Origin: a virus
Lineage: Duplodnaviria > Heunggongvirae > Uroviricota > Caudoviricetes
Virus record (IMG/VR): IMGVR_UViG_3300045996_002451
Span: 147,172-211,171 of that record
Reading direction: 5' to 3' (one strand)
Length of the DNA stretch: 64,000 bases
The translations under genes were made by a program, and so were the position numbers. Under the pieces are notes generated by a model. The model searched no databases, was not told where the DNA came from, and saw only the letters and a program-made list of their open reading frames with translations. Below, in pieces: positions 16,458 through 27,268 of the stretch. Position 1 is the first letter of the stretch. Every line of letters begins with the position of its first letter.

Positions 16458-18425
16458 ATGGCCATCAGCACACCTGTAAATCTGGGCCAAGACTCAGTAA
16501 CCACCACCGCTACCACGACCCCGCTGGTCGTAACCGTGGCAGCCGCTGCCGGTTCCGCCGTGATCGTCACGCTGTACTGCCGGGACCTGTTCCAGGCAGC
16601 TAGCGGCATGACGGTGGCGGACAGCGCCGGGAATACGTACACGCTGGTCCAGTGGAACGGGAACCTGTCCACTTACGGACGGATGGTGGTGTTCGCGAAC
16701 TACGACCTGGACTTCGATCTGGATGTCAGCGACACCATCACGGTTACCCATACCTCCACCAGTTCGCGGCGGCTGATTGGCGCAGTCGGGGTGACTGGCA
16801 TCAACTCCGTTAACCTGTACCGCGGTGCGCATGGTTACTGGCAGTCGGCGGACTCCGGCTACACTGCCGAGGAGACGCAGGGCGAAGAGCTGATCCTCAG
16901 CTACGTCGGGTTCCATGACAACGGCAACGTGCCACCCTTGTTTGTAGAGGGGGATGGCTTGAGCCCGCTGGCGGGAGAGCGCACCACCCTGGAAGCGCTG
17001 AACACCAGCTACAAAATTGTGAACACGCCCACCCGGGCCCGCGCGTACGGCTGGTTCACCACGAACTGGGAGAACCGCGGTTTCTACGCGGCCTACAACG
17101 CGTTTGTCCTTTCCTTCAAACAGGACACCGAACCGTTCTATGTGACGGTGCAGGACGGGGGTAGCCTGGCGGAAAGCGTGGCGACCCTGGGAGGTAACCG
17201 CTCGTTCACTGTCACGGACAGTGGGAGCTTGACGGAAGCGATGGGCGGCGGTACCAGCACCGCTCCGCCCGACGGCGCGCCGTTTGCGTTTACCGCTACG
17301 GATCAGGGCAGCCTGGGTGAGCGGATCTCCATCGGTTACGGCAACGTCACCCATGAACTGCGACTGGGTTCCCGGGTGCCGGAAGGCGGCGTCAACCTTG
17401 CCTGGCTGCAGATCCCGATCCTCTTCCCGCATGAGAACCTGTCGATCATCGACACCGCCAGTTTTGTCGCGGAAAACGAGGACCTGGTCTGGAAAGAGAA
17501 CGTCCCTACGGAGAGCGGCTTCCTCGATTCCGAGAACGGCTGGCTGTACCGCACGATCTACAACGAGTCGCTTCCCGGGGTCAGCGGGACAATCGGTGAG
17601 GGGCTGGCCAACTACGAACTGACGCGTGCTCCGGACGTCGGCACCACCCCCGCACAGTGGCACTTGCAGCACTTCACCAGTGAGATCCGGGTGCACCATC
17701 CGCGCAGCGGCGAACAGGGTATCGGCTGGTATCCCCGCGTCCAGGATGGACTGGTGATCCGGCGTCACATCCTACAGGCGAACGATACCAGTTGGCTTTC
17801 GGAGGTCTTCACGCCAGGCGACGAGCTGGTGCTCTACTACACCGTCTACGAGGCGCAGGATCTGCCGTACGACTCGGACGATCGCACTCTCCAGGTAACC
17901 CATCTGGTGACGGACCTGGACGGGAAAAACCTGCAGCTCCCGGATGGACTGCTGACTGAAGTCTCGAGCATCCGGGTCAACGATCAGGAACTGCTCAGCG
18001 CGACCCTCGATGCCAGCAGCACCCTGCCGGACAGTGTGGTAACTGGTTGGGATCCCGAGCAGGGCACCGTGAAGCTGGCCCGGACGCTGGACCCCGCGGA
18101 CCGGGTGTATGTGACGTACAAGCACCAGGCCGAGTTGTATACTTTCCGGGGCTTCTACGACGACACGGACGCGGTGTACCGAGACCTCGACCTGAACCCC
18201 GAGCCGGGGCACACGTACGATGGGGGCAGCCCTACGAGCGAGCTGCTGGACCGACCGGTCTTTATCTACCTGTTGCCGACCGCGGCTTACCGCCGCAGCG
18301 TCAAGAACGCCGACGGTTCTCGCACCTACGAAACCGAGCGTGTGTTCTACAGCGGCACGCGGTTCACGAAAAGCTTCTTGCGCTGGCAGTTGGGCAGTCG
18401 CACCAACGAAGCGGGCGATGTCTAG
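16458..18425 (+). CDS. Structural protein, fibre or spike associated.
   Basis: 655 aa. ATGG overlap with the upstream gene. Thr/Ser/Gly-rich beta-type composition. Confidence 0.4.
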   Translation: MAISTPVNLGQDSVTTTATTTPLVVTVAAAAGSAVIVTLYCRDLFQAASGMTVADSAGNTYTLVQWNGNLSTYGRMVVFANYDLDFDLDVSDTITVTHTSTSSRRLIGAVGVTGINSVNLYRGAHGYWQSADSGYTAEETQGEELILSYVGFHDNGNVPPLFVEGDGLSPLAGERTTLEALNTSYKIVNTPTRARAYGWFTTNWENRGFYAAYNAFVLSFKQDTEPFYVTVQDGGSLAESVATLGGNRSFTVTDSGSLTEAMGGGTSTAPPDGAPFAFTATDQGSLGERISIGYGNVTHELRLGSRVPEGGVNLAWLQIPILFPHENLSIIDTASFVAENEDLVWKENVPTESGFLDSENGWLYRTIYNESLPGVSGTIGEGLANYELTRAPDVGTTPAQWHLQHFTSEIRVHHPRSGEQGIGWYPRVQDGLVIRRHILQANDTSWLSEVFTPGDELVLYYTVYEAQDLPYDSDDRTLQVTHLVTDLDGKNLQLPDGLLTEVSSIRVNDQELLSATLDASSTLPDSVVTGWDPEQGTVKLARTLDPADRVYVTYKHQAELYTFRGFYDDTDAVYRDLDLNPEPGHTYDGGSPTSELLDRPVFIYLLPTAAYRRSVKNADGSRTYETERVFYSGTRFTKSFLRWQLGSRTNEAGDV

Positions 18426-18434
18426 GGTTGCACC

Positions 18435-20126
18435 ATGTCTACCTACTATGTAAGCCCTCAGGGCAGTAACACCAACAACGGCTCCACCAACGCGCCGTTC
18501 AAGACCCTCGCGAAAGCGGAGACGGTGGTCGTGAGCGGCGACACGGTGGTCCTGCGTGCAGGTAACCACACGGGTGGCGTCCTGTTCTCCGGGATCGATA
18601 ACTTGACCCTGGAAGCAGAAGGGGTAGCGGTACTAAACGCGGCAGGTGCAGGGTATGCGCTCAAGGTAATCGAGTGTGAGAACCTGGCAATCTCGGGGAT
18701 CCACTGCAAGAACGCCACCAACCATGGGTTGTTCCTGGTGGATGTGTCGGGCGGCGTCATCGAAGAGTGCCACTTCTACGACAACGACAGCAACGGTCTT
18801 TTGACCGCGAACTCCTCCGACCTGATCATCCGTAATAACCAGGCGTACCGGAACGGCAGCCACGGCATCTACTGCTCCCAGTCCGGAGACAACCTGGAGA
18901 TCTACGAAAACGAGTTGTGGGAGAACGACAGCTCGCAGCTTCAGGTCAACGCCAACCAAAGCGGCAAAGACTCGGGCAATCCCTATGAAGATGGGATCAG
19001 TGAGAACTGCGAGATCTACCGCAACAAGATCTGGAATGGTGGGAAGAACGGCGGCGCTGCCATCAACTTGATGGGCGTACATACCAGCACAATCCACAAC
19101 AACCTGATCTACGGACAGGTGAGCGGCGGGGGCATCGCCCTCTCCGACGACGGTGCCGGTGCGGGTTTCGGTTGTGAAGACAATACGATCTACCACAACA
19201 CCATCGTCTTTAAGCGGGATGTGGGACGGTTCGGCATCCAGGTCGTGGAAGACTCCACCGGCAATACCCTGAAGGCCAACATCATCGTGCGGCCTGGTAC
19301 GGCTTACGACTGTTTGGACACGGACGCCAGCACCCTCGCCACGCTTACCAGCGACTACAACATTTTCTACGGGGACACCAACGGGGTAGTAGACGGCCTG
19401 ACCCTTGCGGCCTGGGTCACCGCCAGTGGGGAGGACACCAACTCCCAGTTCCTGGACCCGGGGCTGACCTCCGACTTCCAACTGCTCGCGGACTCTCCGT
19501 GCCGGGAAGCCGCCCCCTCAGGTCTGGTCACCGTAGACTACGCCGGGGTGACGCGCCCGCAGGGTACCTTGCCGGACATCGGCTGCTACGAAGCCGTGGC
19601 GCTGACCGAGGATGAAGAGGAAGAGATCGCGGACAACGGCACGGGCGAAGCGGAAAGCGGGGACTGCTCCAAGCGCAGCACCTTCGGCCACGTCACCTTC
19701 GCGCGGGCCTACTTCGTAAATAGTTTGCCGCAAGACGACAGCCTTCCTGAAGACGACACCGTTGGCGGCGGTCTGGCAACCCTCCCGTCGGCGCTCCTGC
19801 TGGCCAAGATCCATGTGACGCCGAACTCTCACCTCCAGAATCTGAAGCTGGTGGATACGCGCGTACGCGGAGGCGGGATCCCGGTGTCGGTCAATACTGC
19901 CGACGTCAACCTGCCGGGGAACACCCGGCGCCAGGCGGAGACCTACTGGGACATCGGTGGATGGGACGGCGTGCCGGTTCCACTGGCCGGTTCGGTCCTG
20001 GTCGATCTGCCGGAGGGCGTACGCAATGGCAGCAGCCAGTACGCGCAGTTCACCGAGGAAGAGATCCTCGAGATTGCTCAGCGACACGTAGCCGCAGGGG
20101 TACGGGTCCTCGTGAGGTACCGTTGA
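18435..20126 (+). CDS. Tailspike with a right-handed parallel beta-helix (pectate-lyase-like), a putative polysaccharide depolymerase.
   Basis: Repeated PbH1-like turns: 'GIHCKNATNHGLFLVDVSGGVIEECHFYDNDSNGLL', 'NQAYRNGSHGIYCSQSGDNLEIYENELWEND', 'IYRNKIWNGG' and 'IHNNLIYG'. Confidence 0.7.
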   Translation: MSTYYVSPQGSNTNNGSTNAPFKTLAKAETVVVSGDTVVLRAGNHTGGVLFSGIDNLTLEAEGVAVLNAAGAGYALKVIECENLAISGIHCKNATNHGLFLVDVSGGVIEECHFYDNDSNGLLTANSSDLIIRNNQAYRNGSHGIYCSQSGDNLEIYENELWENDSSQLQVNANQSGKDSGNPYEDGISENCEIYRNKIWNGGKNGGAAINLMGVHTSTIHNNLIYGQVSGGGIALSDDGAGAGFGCEDNTIYHNTIVFKRDVGRFGIQVVEDSTGNTLKANIIVRPGTAYDCLDTDASTLATLTSDYNIFYGDTNGVVDGLTLAAWVTASGEDTNSQFLDPGLTSDFQLLADSPCREAAPSGLVTVDYAGVTRPQGTLPDIGCYEAVALTEDEEEEIADNGTGEAESGDCSKRSTFGHVTFARAYFVNSLPQDDSLPEDDTVGGGLATLPSALLLAKIHVTPNSHLQNLKLVDTRVRGGGIPVSVNTADVNLPGNTRRQAETYWDIGGWDGVPVPLAGSVLVDLPEGVRNGSSQYAQFTEEEILEIAQRHVAAGVRVLVRYR

Positions 20127-20515
20127 TGGACACTAAGGTCATTCAGGTGGGGGACCGCTCCAATCTCCGCTCCACCATCAGTATGACGTTGAAGCGGGTG
20201 CAAGAAGAAAATCTTGGCATCGACTTCAACCTCTTTAGAAAAGTTGTAGGGATCCTCACACAACTAGAGGATCATCAACTTCCAGCAGTGCTCTCTGTGG
20301 CACGTACCGAAACAGAGACGTCCGGGTCGGCCCTTCTGCTAGGGTGGGCCTTGGGATCAGAGGTGTTGTTTTTTGTGCTCTTCTCTAAGGAAGGTATCGG
20401 AACCCGAACCGGAGTGCTCGAAGCCGACTCAGAGTACCAGCCTTATCTGGGCAACGATCTGATCGGGTTGATCCGCAAGGTGCTGGAAACAGAAGAGTTA
20501 CCGGTACTGCAGTAA
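20126..20515 (+). CDS. Hypothetical protein.
   Basis: An ATG at 20126 overlaps the upstream stop (TGATG). The longer M at 19961 would overlap the tailspike by 165 nt. Confidence 0.3.
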   Translation: MDTKVIQVGDRSNLRSTISMTLKRVQEENLGIDFNLFRKVVGILTQLEDHQLPAVLSVARTETETSGSALLLGWALGSEVLFFVLFSKEGIGTRTGVLEADSEYQPYLGNDLIGLIRKVLETEELPVLQ

Positions 20516-20518
20516 CGT

Positions 20519-20532
20519 GTTACACGGGTAAC
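20519..20532. promoter_or_regulatory. Motif A (GTTACACGGGTAAC).
   Basis: Intergenic, 32 nt upstream of the 20564 ATG. Confidence 0.5.
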
Positions 20533-20563
20533 AGGTGCGTGCACTGCTAAGAAACAAGAGAAC

Positions 20564-21067
20564 ATGGCGACTAACAGTTACGAACAAGTGGTCTATCCCC
20601 AGGGGATCGATACCTTCCGGGAAGTCTTTGAAGTAGACAACCCGGAGAACATCGTCCATGCGGAGTTGCTCAACAAGGCGCAGAACGCAGTCCGCGCGAT
20701 TCAAACACATGTGCTCTACACCGCGGTTGGTCCGGAGACCCATGCCCCGGTGCTTTGTGTGGTGGCCCAGACCAAGGTGATTACCGGAGACACCGGCAGC
20801 AAGCGGTACAAGCTCCGCTTTGAGGTAGAAAGCGGCGTAGCCGACACCCTCTTCGGCGGCGCCCCGTTTGACCGAGACTTCGGGGTGATTCCCGCGGTGA
20901 CGGGCTACCGGGTAAAGAACGGGGTGCGCCAGTACTTCCGCGTGCAGTGCGCGCTGGGACCGGTGGATGAGACCAGCCGCTCCGTAATCGTGGACTGCGT
21001 CAAGAGCGGCAACGAGTGGAAGCGCGGCGATCAGATCGAGTGCGAACTGCTTTTGGTGAAGTTGTAG
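20564..21067 (+). CDS. Hypothetical structural-module protein.
   Basis: 167-aa ORF downstream of a motif A site at 20519. Confidence 0.4.
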   Translation: MATNSYEQVVYPQGIDTFREVFEVDNPENIVHAELLNKAQNAVRAIQTHVLYTAVGPETHAPVLCVVAQTKVITGDTGSKRYKLRFEVESGVADTLFGGAPFDRDFGVIPAVTGYRVKNGVRQYFRVQCALGPVDETSRSVIVDCVKSGNEWKRGDQIECELLLVKL

Positions 21068-21076
21068 GAAAGCCCC

Positions 21077-21574
21077 ATGGCCAAGATCATTGATCAACTG
21101 GATAACCTGACCGACTTTCCCAGTGCGGTGGATACGTTCACCAACTACCGGGATGGTGAAGGTCAAAGCTCCTGCATCAGTGCGACCATCGTCAACAAGC
21201 TGGAAGGCGCGTTGTATCGCACGCAGGAGTACGGTCAGCGTGTGGTACGGGTGCAGGAGAGCGCCAGTGTTACGGGAGACCGTAAACGGCTGGCCGTCCA
21301 CGCCACGCTGACCCTGGCCGCGACCGTGAAGTTCTATGAGTACGATCTGGTACTCAGTGCCGAGCAGGTACGCTTCCTCGGTAACTCCCCCTTCCGTCCG
21401 GGGAACATGCTCTTGGTCTCGGTCGCTCGTACTGACGCAGGTGGGGTGTCCTACCGCGGGGTGGCCACGCCGGTGGGCAATGACACCTTACGGATCTACC
21501 TGGACAACCTGGACACCTCCGGCTCCTTGACGGCAGGAACCTATCACCTGAGCGTGACCATTCTCGGAGGTTAA
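21077..21574 (+). CDS. Hypothetical structural-module protein.
   Basis: 165-aa ORF, tightly packed. Confidence 0.4.
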   Translation: MAKIIDQLDNLTDFPSAVDTFTNYRDGEGQSSCISATIVNKLEGALYRTQEYGQRVVRVQESASVTGDRKRLAVHATLTLAATVKFYEYDLVLSAEQVRFLGNSPFRPGNMLLVSVARTDAGGVSYRGVATPVGNDTLRIYLDNLDTSGSLTAGTYHLSVTILGG

Positions 21575-21575
21575 G

Positions 21576-22112
21576 ATGGCGATCGATGGAGAGAGTTCGG
21601 ACTTCCCAGAACGGCTCGACGACTGGGGCGAAGCGTTCAAGAACAACCAGTGCCCTCCGGAACGCTTCCGTGCTTCCCGGATGAACGCCCTGCATGACGC
21701 GTTATACAATCTGGAACAGCACACCCGCCGCGTGCTGATCACTGGTGATACCAACCTGCGCACCGATACCGGGGCCGATCGGCCCAAGCTCATGGTCAAG
21801 ACCTTCGTGGTCACCGTAACGGGCGGCGACGCGGAGACCAAGACCGCTAACCTGGAGGCGTTCACCACGGCTGAACTGGCTTTCTGGGACGGTAACCCGC
21901 TGGCCGCTACGCACAACGTGCACCTCTACGTGCGCAAGATCCGGGTAGACAACACCGAGAAGCAGTCCTACGTGGCCGGGTTAGCCTCCCCCGTAGTGGC
22001 TAGCGGCTCCGGCCAAACGATCACGCTCGCCCCTCTTCGCGATACCACCGGGGAAACCAACCTCAAGATTGGCAATGGTGATTACATCGTGACTTTGCTG
22101 ATTACGCGTTAG
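21576..22112 (+). CDS. Hypothetical structural-module protein.
   Basis: 178-aa ORF, 2-nt spacing from the upstream gene. Confidence 0.4.
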   Translation: MAIDGESSDFPERLDDWGEAFKNNQCPPERFRASRMNALHDALYNLEQHTRRVLITGDTNLRTDTGADRPKLMVKTFVVTVTGGDAETKTANLEAFTTAELAFWDGNPLAATHNVHLYVRKIRVDNTEKQSYVAGLASPVVASGSGQTITLAPLRDTTGETNLKIGNGDYIVTLLITR

Positions 22113-22114
22113 CT

Positions 22115-25100
22115 ATGAACAGTCTTATTCACCTGGTCCAAACTCACCTGCCGCAAGGGCAGCGCCGCGCGCTCGCGCAGTTCCTGGAGGAAGTCCAGAC
22201 CGGACGGGTTCCGGGTAACACCGAGGAGCTGCAGCGCCTGCTTACCTACGTCGGCGAGCTGCTTCCGGCGCCGAACAGTGACGTGACGTTGTCCGAAGGG
22301 TACAACGGAACGCTGCGCTCACTTCTGGCAAACCTGGCCGGGATGTATGCTGAGTTGGATCGGGTCGAAGCGGCGCAGGACGGGATGCTCGTCATGAACC
22401 AGCAGGAGCTGGACCGCATGGAGCTGGCGCTGCGTGACCTGGCCTCGATCCTAGAACAGGCGCAGCGTCTCTATGCCCCCAGCCTGCAGTACCACGACGT
22501 CTTCTTCGAGACCTTCGGACCGGGTACCGAATGGGAGCGCGGGCGCGACTGGTACTTGCCGAACCCCTCGATTAGCAGCAGCACCCAGGTAGAAAGCTTT
22601 CTCCCGGCCTACATCGATCCTCAGGACCGCTCCTTGAAGCTGCGTCCGGGCGGAGACTTCTCTCGCTCGACGAACACGCGCGGAGAACCGCTGGTCCGGG
22701 CAGAGATCGAAGAGCTGCTGGGTCTTTCCCTGGACCGGGTCCACGATCTGGACAAAGCCCTGGATGGTCGAAACGATACCTACTGGCGCGAGCTGATCCT
22801 CTCCTCTGCTCCGATTGAAGGCGATCCGCTCACCACGCCGTGGTTGCCGGAAACCTACACCGGGGGAGCCGCCTGCCGGGTACACCTGCAGTTCCCGTTC
22901 GCAGTCCCTTTCACCGAGCTGCAACTGCGCCCCTTTTCCAGCTACCCCGTGCGTGCCCTCCAGGTTATCTGGGACAACCGCAAGGATCGTTCGGACAATT
23001 TGCTCGTCGACGCGGACTTCACCTCCGGGGCAGTAACCTGGCTGAGCTACGCCCCTTCAGGGACCGTGGAGTTTGAAAGCGACGGCGGCTACGACAACGC
23101 GCCGCACGCGGTTCTCACGCCTGGGGGCGCACGCGCTACCGTAACCAACGCGGCCCAGTTCGCTCTGGCCAATGAGACGTTTGGTTACCACTTCCATGCC
23201 AAGGTCAAGCGTCACTCCACGTCCACCGTCCGGACCTTGATGCAGTGGTACAGCAGCGGTTCCGTCTTGCTCCGTAGTGACTGGTTGGATGTCCTGGGGC
23301 CGGACCAGGAATGGTTCGAGTACAGCAAACTCTTGATCCCGCCGACGACTGCCGCCTACGGTCTGGTGACCATGATGGCCGACGGCTCCGGTTCGGTTTG
23401 CCTGACGGATGTCCAACTTTCACCCACTGCCGGGGTGAGTAACCTGAACGAGACCGCGGAGCTGGAGAGTGGGATCCTGACCCTGCCGGTAGAAGGCGCC
23501 ACCGCCACCGATGTCTGGCTGGTCCTGTGTCAGCCGCACTACGAGTTCCTGCAGGTCGCGATGCCGGAGTCGCATGTGGCGCGCGAAGAGGTGTGGGAAG
23601 AGATCCTGCTGGCCGCGGAAAGCCGGGCCGATCAGATCTTCAACACCACCTATTCCAACTGGCAACTGGAGTCCGGTAAAGGACTTCAGGTAGAGCGCGA
23701 ACTAGGCGACGAGTCGCTCCTATTGCAGCAGGCCAAACAGCTTGGCGGACGGGTCCGTCAACTGGTGGTCGACCTTCTGCGCTACGTAAAGCCGGGTCCG
23801 GAGACGGTGCAGCTAAACCGTTACCTGTATGTCCTGGGAGCCTGGGAGATCACGGTGCGCCACCGGGAGTACGCGCCGCAAGGACTCTGGGTCTCCACGC
23901 CGTACACCCCGCGCGGGGAAGTGCGCGAAGTGCGCCTGCTCACCAACCCGCCTCTGTCCCAGCTTACCGCAGGGGATCCTCCGGAGGTGCGCTTCTGGTT
24001 GACCGCCCGTGCCGAGGACGGCGTGGATAAGGCGCAGGAGTTCAATGGGCGAGCCACCTTTGCCGCGGCGCATGAAGAGGCTGCCGATCGCAGCGACACC
24101 CACTTCTCCTTGATCCCGATCACCAAGAGCGAAGCCTACAGCGGCACGGACTACCGCGGTATCCTGCCGCTCAACCACCACCCGTATGTAGACCGTGAGC
24201 GCGTCTGGGAGATCCAGCGCACCTTGACTGAAGGGGATGTGGCCTGGCCGCTGCAGTACGACCCCAATCAAGAAAGCTACCACCTGTACCAGGTCGGTAA
24301 CCCGGAGAAGCGGGCCGGGCTGCTGGATGGTGATTGGGAGCTGGTCCATGTAGACGGCTACCGACCACTGCGGATCTCCATCGAGTTCCCGAACGGTACG
24401 TATGCCTTGCCGGACATCCTGGGACCGGTGCACCGCGGGGACTTCGGTTACGCCGGACCCGAGCTGCTGCGTATCACGGAAGTAGAGGGTGAGCGCTACA
24501 GCGAGGACGACGTCGACGAGGACGGACTGCCCGATCCCGATTTCCAGATCTCTCCGGAAGACTTGCAGGCTTATCGTAAAGCGGTACGCCGTAATCGGCG
24601 CAAGCGCAACCAGCGCAACAGCCGCCGCGTCAAGCTGCTGGATGTCGCGCTCCAGACGCGCTTCCAGGGGATCGTAACCAGTCCGAAGGGATCGGCCTTT
24701 ACCCTCTACTGGCACAAGAGCAGTGACGTGGTTACCGGGGCCGTTCCAACTTCTGGTAACATCATTACGAGTGGGGACGTGCTGATCAGTCCGTCCCTCT
24801 ACACCGTCGATCCGGTGAACGGCATCATCACCGTACACGCCACGCCGCCGAGCAACAATGCGGAGTACGACGCGTTCGTCGCGTACTACCATTACTACCG
24901 CAGCGAGGTGAACGGGCGCGAAGAGTTCGACACCCAGCGGACCGGCAGCGTGCCGACCTCCGGCATCGACTACGAAGGGGTGGCGGTACAGACCTATCCG
25001 GTAACCCGGAACATGACCGACTACGTACAGGGCGATACCGCCCGCTTGCGTGCCCCGGTCCTGAGCGAACTGGCAGAAGACTACTACCCGGTCTACGAGT

Positions 25101-25309
25101 ACCTGATTGATGAACGCGGGCGCGTCATCTTTGCCCAGAACTTCCACCCCTTCTCCGACACCCCGGTGAAGAAGATCACGGTGGAGTATGAAACCCTGGC
25201 CATCGAACCACGCCTGATGATCGAGTTTCCGAAGCGCTCCTCTGGCGGGTTCGCCGTTAAGAGTCCGGTGCTGCACGACTTCACGTTGGCCATGAACAGC
25301 CGTCAGTAG
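22115..25309 (+). CDS. Large virion-associated protein with a discoidin (F5/8 type C)-like motif.
   Basis: 1064 aa. 'ALDGRNDTYWRELIL' resembles the carbohydrate-binding-module 'DG...T.W' signature. Highly expressed-looking long ORF in the structural arm. Confidence 0.45.
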   Translation: MNSLIHLVQTHLPQGQRRALAQFLEEVQTGRVPGNTEELQRLLTYVGELLPAPNSDVTLSEGYNGTLRSLLANLAGMYAELDRVEAAQDGMLVMNQQELDRMELALRDLASILEQAQRLYAPSLQYHDVFFETFGPGTEWERGRDWYLPNPSISSSTQVESFLPAYIDPQDRSLKLRPGGDFSRSTNTRGEPLVRAEIEELLGLSLDRVHDLDKALDGRNDTYWRELILSSAPIEGDPLTTPWLPETYTGGAACRVHLQFPFAVPFTELQLRPFSSYPVRALQVIWDNRKDRSDNLLVDADFTSGAVTWLSYAPSGTVEFESDGGYDNAPHAVLTPGGARATVTNAAQFALANETFGYHFHAKVKRHSTSTVRTLMQWYSSGSVLLRSDWLDVLGPDQEWFEYSKLLIPPTTAAYGLVTMMADGSGSVCLTDVQLSPTAGVSNLNETAELESGILTLPVEGATATDVWLVLCQPHYEFLQVAMPESHVAREEVWEEILLAAESRADQIFNTTYSNWQLESGKGLQVERELGDESLLLQQAKQLGGRVRQLVVDLLRYVKPGPETVQLNRYLYVLGAWEITVRHREYAPQGLWVSTPYTPRGEVREVRLLTNPPLSQLTAGDPPEVRFWLTARAEDGVDKAQEFNGRATFAAAHEEAADRSDTHFSLIPITKSEAYSGTDYRGILPLNHHPYVDRERVWEIQRTLTEGDVAWPLQYDPNQESYHLYQVGNPEKRAGLLDGDWELVHVDGYRPLRISIEFPNGTYALPDILGPVHRGDFGYAGPELLRITEVEGERYSEDDVDEDGLPDPDFQISPEDLQAYRKAVRRNRRKRNQRNSRRVKLLDVALQTRFQGIVTSPKGSAFTLYWHKSSDVVTGAVPTSGNIITSGDVLISPSLYTVDPVNGIITVHATPPSNNAEYDAFVAYYHYYRSEVNGREEFDTQRTGSVPTSGIDYEGVAVQTYPVTRNMTDYVQGDTARLRAPVLSELAEDYYPVYEYLIDERGRVIFAQNFHPFSDTPVKKITVEYETLAIEPRLMIEFPKRSSGGFAVKSPVLHDFTLAMNSRQ

Positions 25310-25311
25310 TT

Positions 25312-25325
25312 GTTACCCGTGTAAC
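25312..25325. promoter_or_regulatory. Motif A (GTTACCCGTGTAAC).
   Basis: Intergenic, 3 nt upstream of the 25328 ATG. Confidence 0.5.
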
Positions 25326-25327
25326 CC

Positions 25328-27256
25328 ATGCTTACTTCTCCCCCTCCTTACAAACCGATTGTCGCACGGGCTGCCCGCTTACTGGAAACGCTGAATCAGC
25401 AGCTTCAGTCCGGGCAGATCAAAACGCGGGCGGAACTCCTGTTCCGCCTGCTAGGCTCCGTGCAAAACTTCACCCGAAACTTGCGCACGCCGACCATGGT
25501 CCCGCAACCGATGGGACGCGACGACCTGCTGATGCGCCAGTTGGTGGAGACCCCGCTAGGGCAGGCGCGCGAAGACCTGACCCTGGGGTTCGAGCAGACC
25601 GAGGCGGCGCGCCAGCTAACGCGGCACGTCTTGAACCTCTCCCTCTCGGAGCAGGCAGGGATGCAGGAGCGGTTGGCGGAGGTTACCTCACTGGTGGACC
25701 AGTTCCGACTCTGGGTCTCGGACACTACCGGGGACTTTGTGTGGGCCGGGGACACCTTCAACGACCTGACTAAGGTCGAGCCGCTCTCCACGATCTGGGT
25801 GAACACGCGGGGCGGTTGGACCAGCCTCAAGCCCCTCAGTAGCCGTTCCCTAACGTCGTTCATCCGTTCGGCGACGATCGATCGCGAGTACTCCAAGTGC
25901 GGACTGCCAGGCAACAACCTGGAGATCCGGTTTCCCGGCCAGGAAGCGTTTACCCGAATCAACTCGGAGCCCAGCCCGGTCCTGTATCGCACGACCGGCA
26001 ACACGGACCGGCTTGCCAACCTCTGGGACGGGGATCCAGGCACGTGGTTTGAATGGGAGATGACCCTGGTCCCGATCCCGCAAAAGACCATCCAGGCCGG
26101 GCTCTCCTACGTCTACGACCCTTCCGGTAAAGAGAACAAGACGATCCCGAACCTGGGGGACTGGCGCTGCTACATCCAGTGGCCGGGAGAGCAGGGGATC
26201 GACACCGGGACCGCCCGGTCCGGCTACCCGCTGGTCCAGTTCCAGACTTCCTTGACCGGAGCTGGGGATGAGGCGGAACACCAGCATGTCGAGGCTACGG
26301 GTAAGCCGGTGCGCCGCAAAGGCACGCGCCGGATCCAACCGGTGAACACCGGCAACACACGACAGTACCCGGTCGTCGAAGACGATCACCGCCTCCGTCT
26401 CGGGCTGACGGTGGAGCTGGATCAGGCGCGACCGATCTCCTGGATCGAGCTAACCCCCTTTATCCAGGGCGGCACCTATCCCACCGTTGAGCAGATCCTG
26501 ATCTCCCAGGACGGCGAACGGTGGAAGACCCTGCTGACCGAACCGACGACGTTGCATCCACGAATGAACCGCGGCATCGACTTCCAGAGCTATGGGGTAA
26601 CGGGTAGTAACTTTGAAGGGGTCGGAGTCTGGCCACTGCCCAGCACCCCCATTCAGTACCTGAAGTTCCTCTTCAAGCAAGAGGATGCCTACGAGTGTCC
26701 CCTGGGTATTGGGCACAGCTACCTGGTCCGGAAGAAGGGCAAGAAGGGCAACCGCCTGAAGGGTCCGATCCTGGTGGTGGGCAACGCGGAAAGCACCCCG
26801 AACACCACCGAACGGATCGCCCCGGAAGAAAGCGCCCAACAGACCGGGCGGCGCCTCCAGACCGGCTACGACATTTTCCAGGCCAGTCGCATGGTGATCG
26901 CACTGCGGGACCTGATGTTGGAAGAGCGCACCTACCAGGAACTGGGGATGCTGCTTGCCAAGCCGTACCGGCTATCCCGTGCGGTGCGCGCCGTTAGCTT
27001 GCTGGCTACGGAAGCGCTGCCGGAAGACTGGGAGCCTACCGATCCCGACGGCAACCGCTGGATCGAGTACGAAGTCAGTCCGAACGGGACGAACTGGTCC
27101 CGTATCATTCCGCAAGAGACGGAGCTGGACGAGAGCGTGGTCACCTTTGCTCAGCCCACCGATACCCTCTACTTCCGGGCCTCTTTCCGCCGACCGGAAG
27201 CGGTCCTGTCCGGCTCGCCTGCGCTACTGGCCTACGCACTGAAGTGCCTGGTCTAA
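25328..27256 (+). CDS. Large virion-associated protein, discoidin-like.
   Basis: 642 aa. 'NLWDGDPGTWFEWEM' and 'WIELTPFIQGGTYPTVEQILISQDGERW' motifs. Preceded by motif A at 25312. Confidence 0.45.
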   Translation: MLTSPPPYKPIVARAARLLETLNQQLQSGQIKTRAELLFRLLGSVQNFTRNLRTPTMVPQPMGRDDLLMRQLVETPLGQAREDLTLGFEQTEAARQLTRHVLNLSLSEQAGMQERLAEVTSLVDQFRLWVSDTTGDFVWAGDTFNDLTKVEPLSTIWVNTRGGWTSLKPLSSRSLTSFIRSATIDREYSKCGLPGNNLEIRFPGQEAFTRINSEPSPVLYRTTGNTDRLANLWDGDPGTWFEWEMTLVPIPQKTIQAGLSYVYDPSGKENKTIPNLGDWRCYIQWPGEQGIDTGTARSGYPLVQFQTSLTGAGDEAEHQHVEATGKPVRRKGTRRIQPVNTGNTRQYPVVEDDHRLRLGLTVELDQARPISWIELTPFIQGGTYPTVEQILISQDGERWKTLLTEPTTLHPRMNRGIDFQSYGVTGSNFEGVGVWPLPSTPIQYLKFLFKQEDAYECPLGIGHSYLVRKKGKKGNRLKGPILVVGNAESTPNTTERIAPEESAQQTGRRLQTGYDIFQASRMVIALRDLMLEERTYQELGMLLAKPYRLSRAVRAVSLLATEALPEDWEPTDPDGNRWIEYEVSPNGTNWSRIIPQETELDESVVTFAQPTDTLYFRASFRRPEAVLSGSPALLAYALKCLV

Positions 27257-27268
27257 AGGGTTGTTCGT

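Noticed and set aside
16494-17768. 424-aa - strand ORF.
   Set aside because: Antisense to the 16458-18425 structural gene within a uniformly + strand operon. Low-complexity Arg/Gly-rich translation.
18633-19481. 282-aa - strand ORF.
   Set aside because: Antisense to the beta-helix tailspike. Val/Gly/Asp repeats mirror the sense-strand repeats.
23813-25276. 487-aa - strand ORF.
   Set aside because: Antisense to the 1064-aa structural gene. Same GC-shadow signature.
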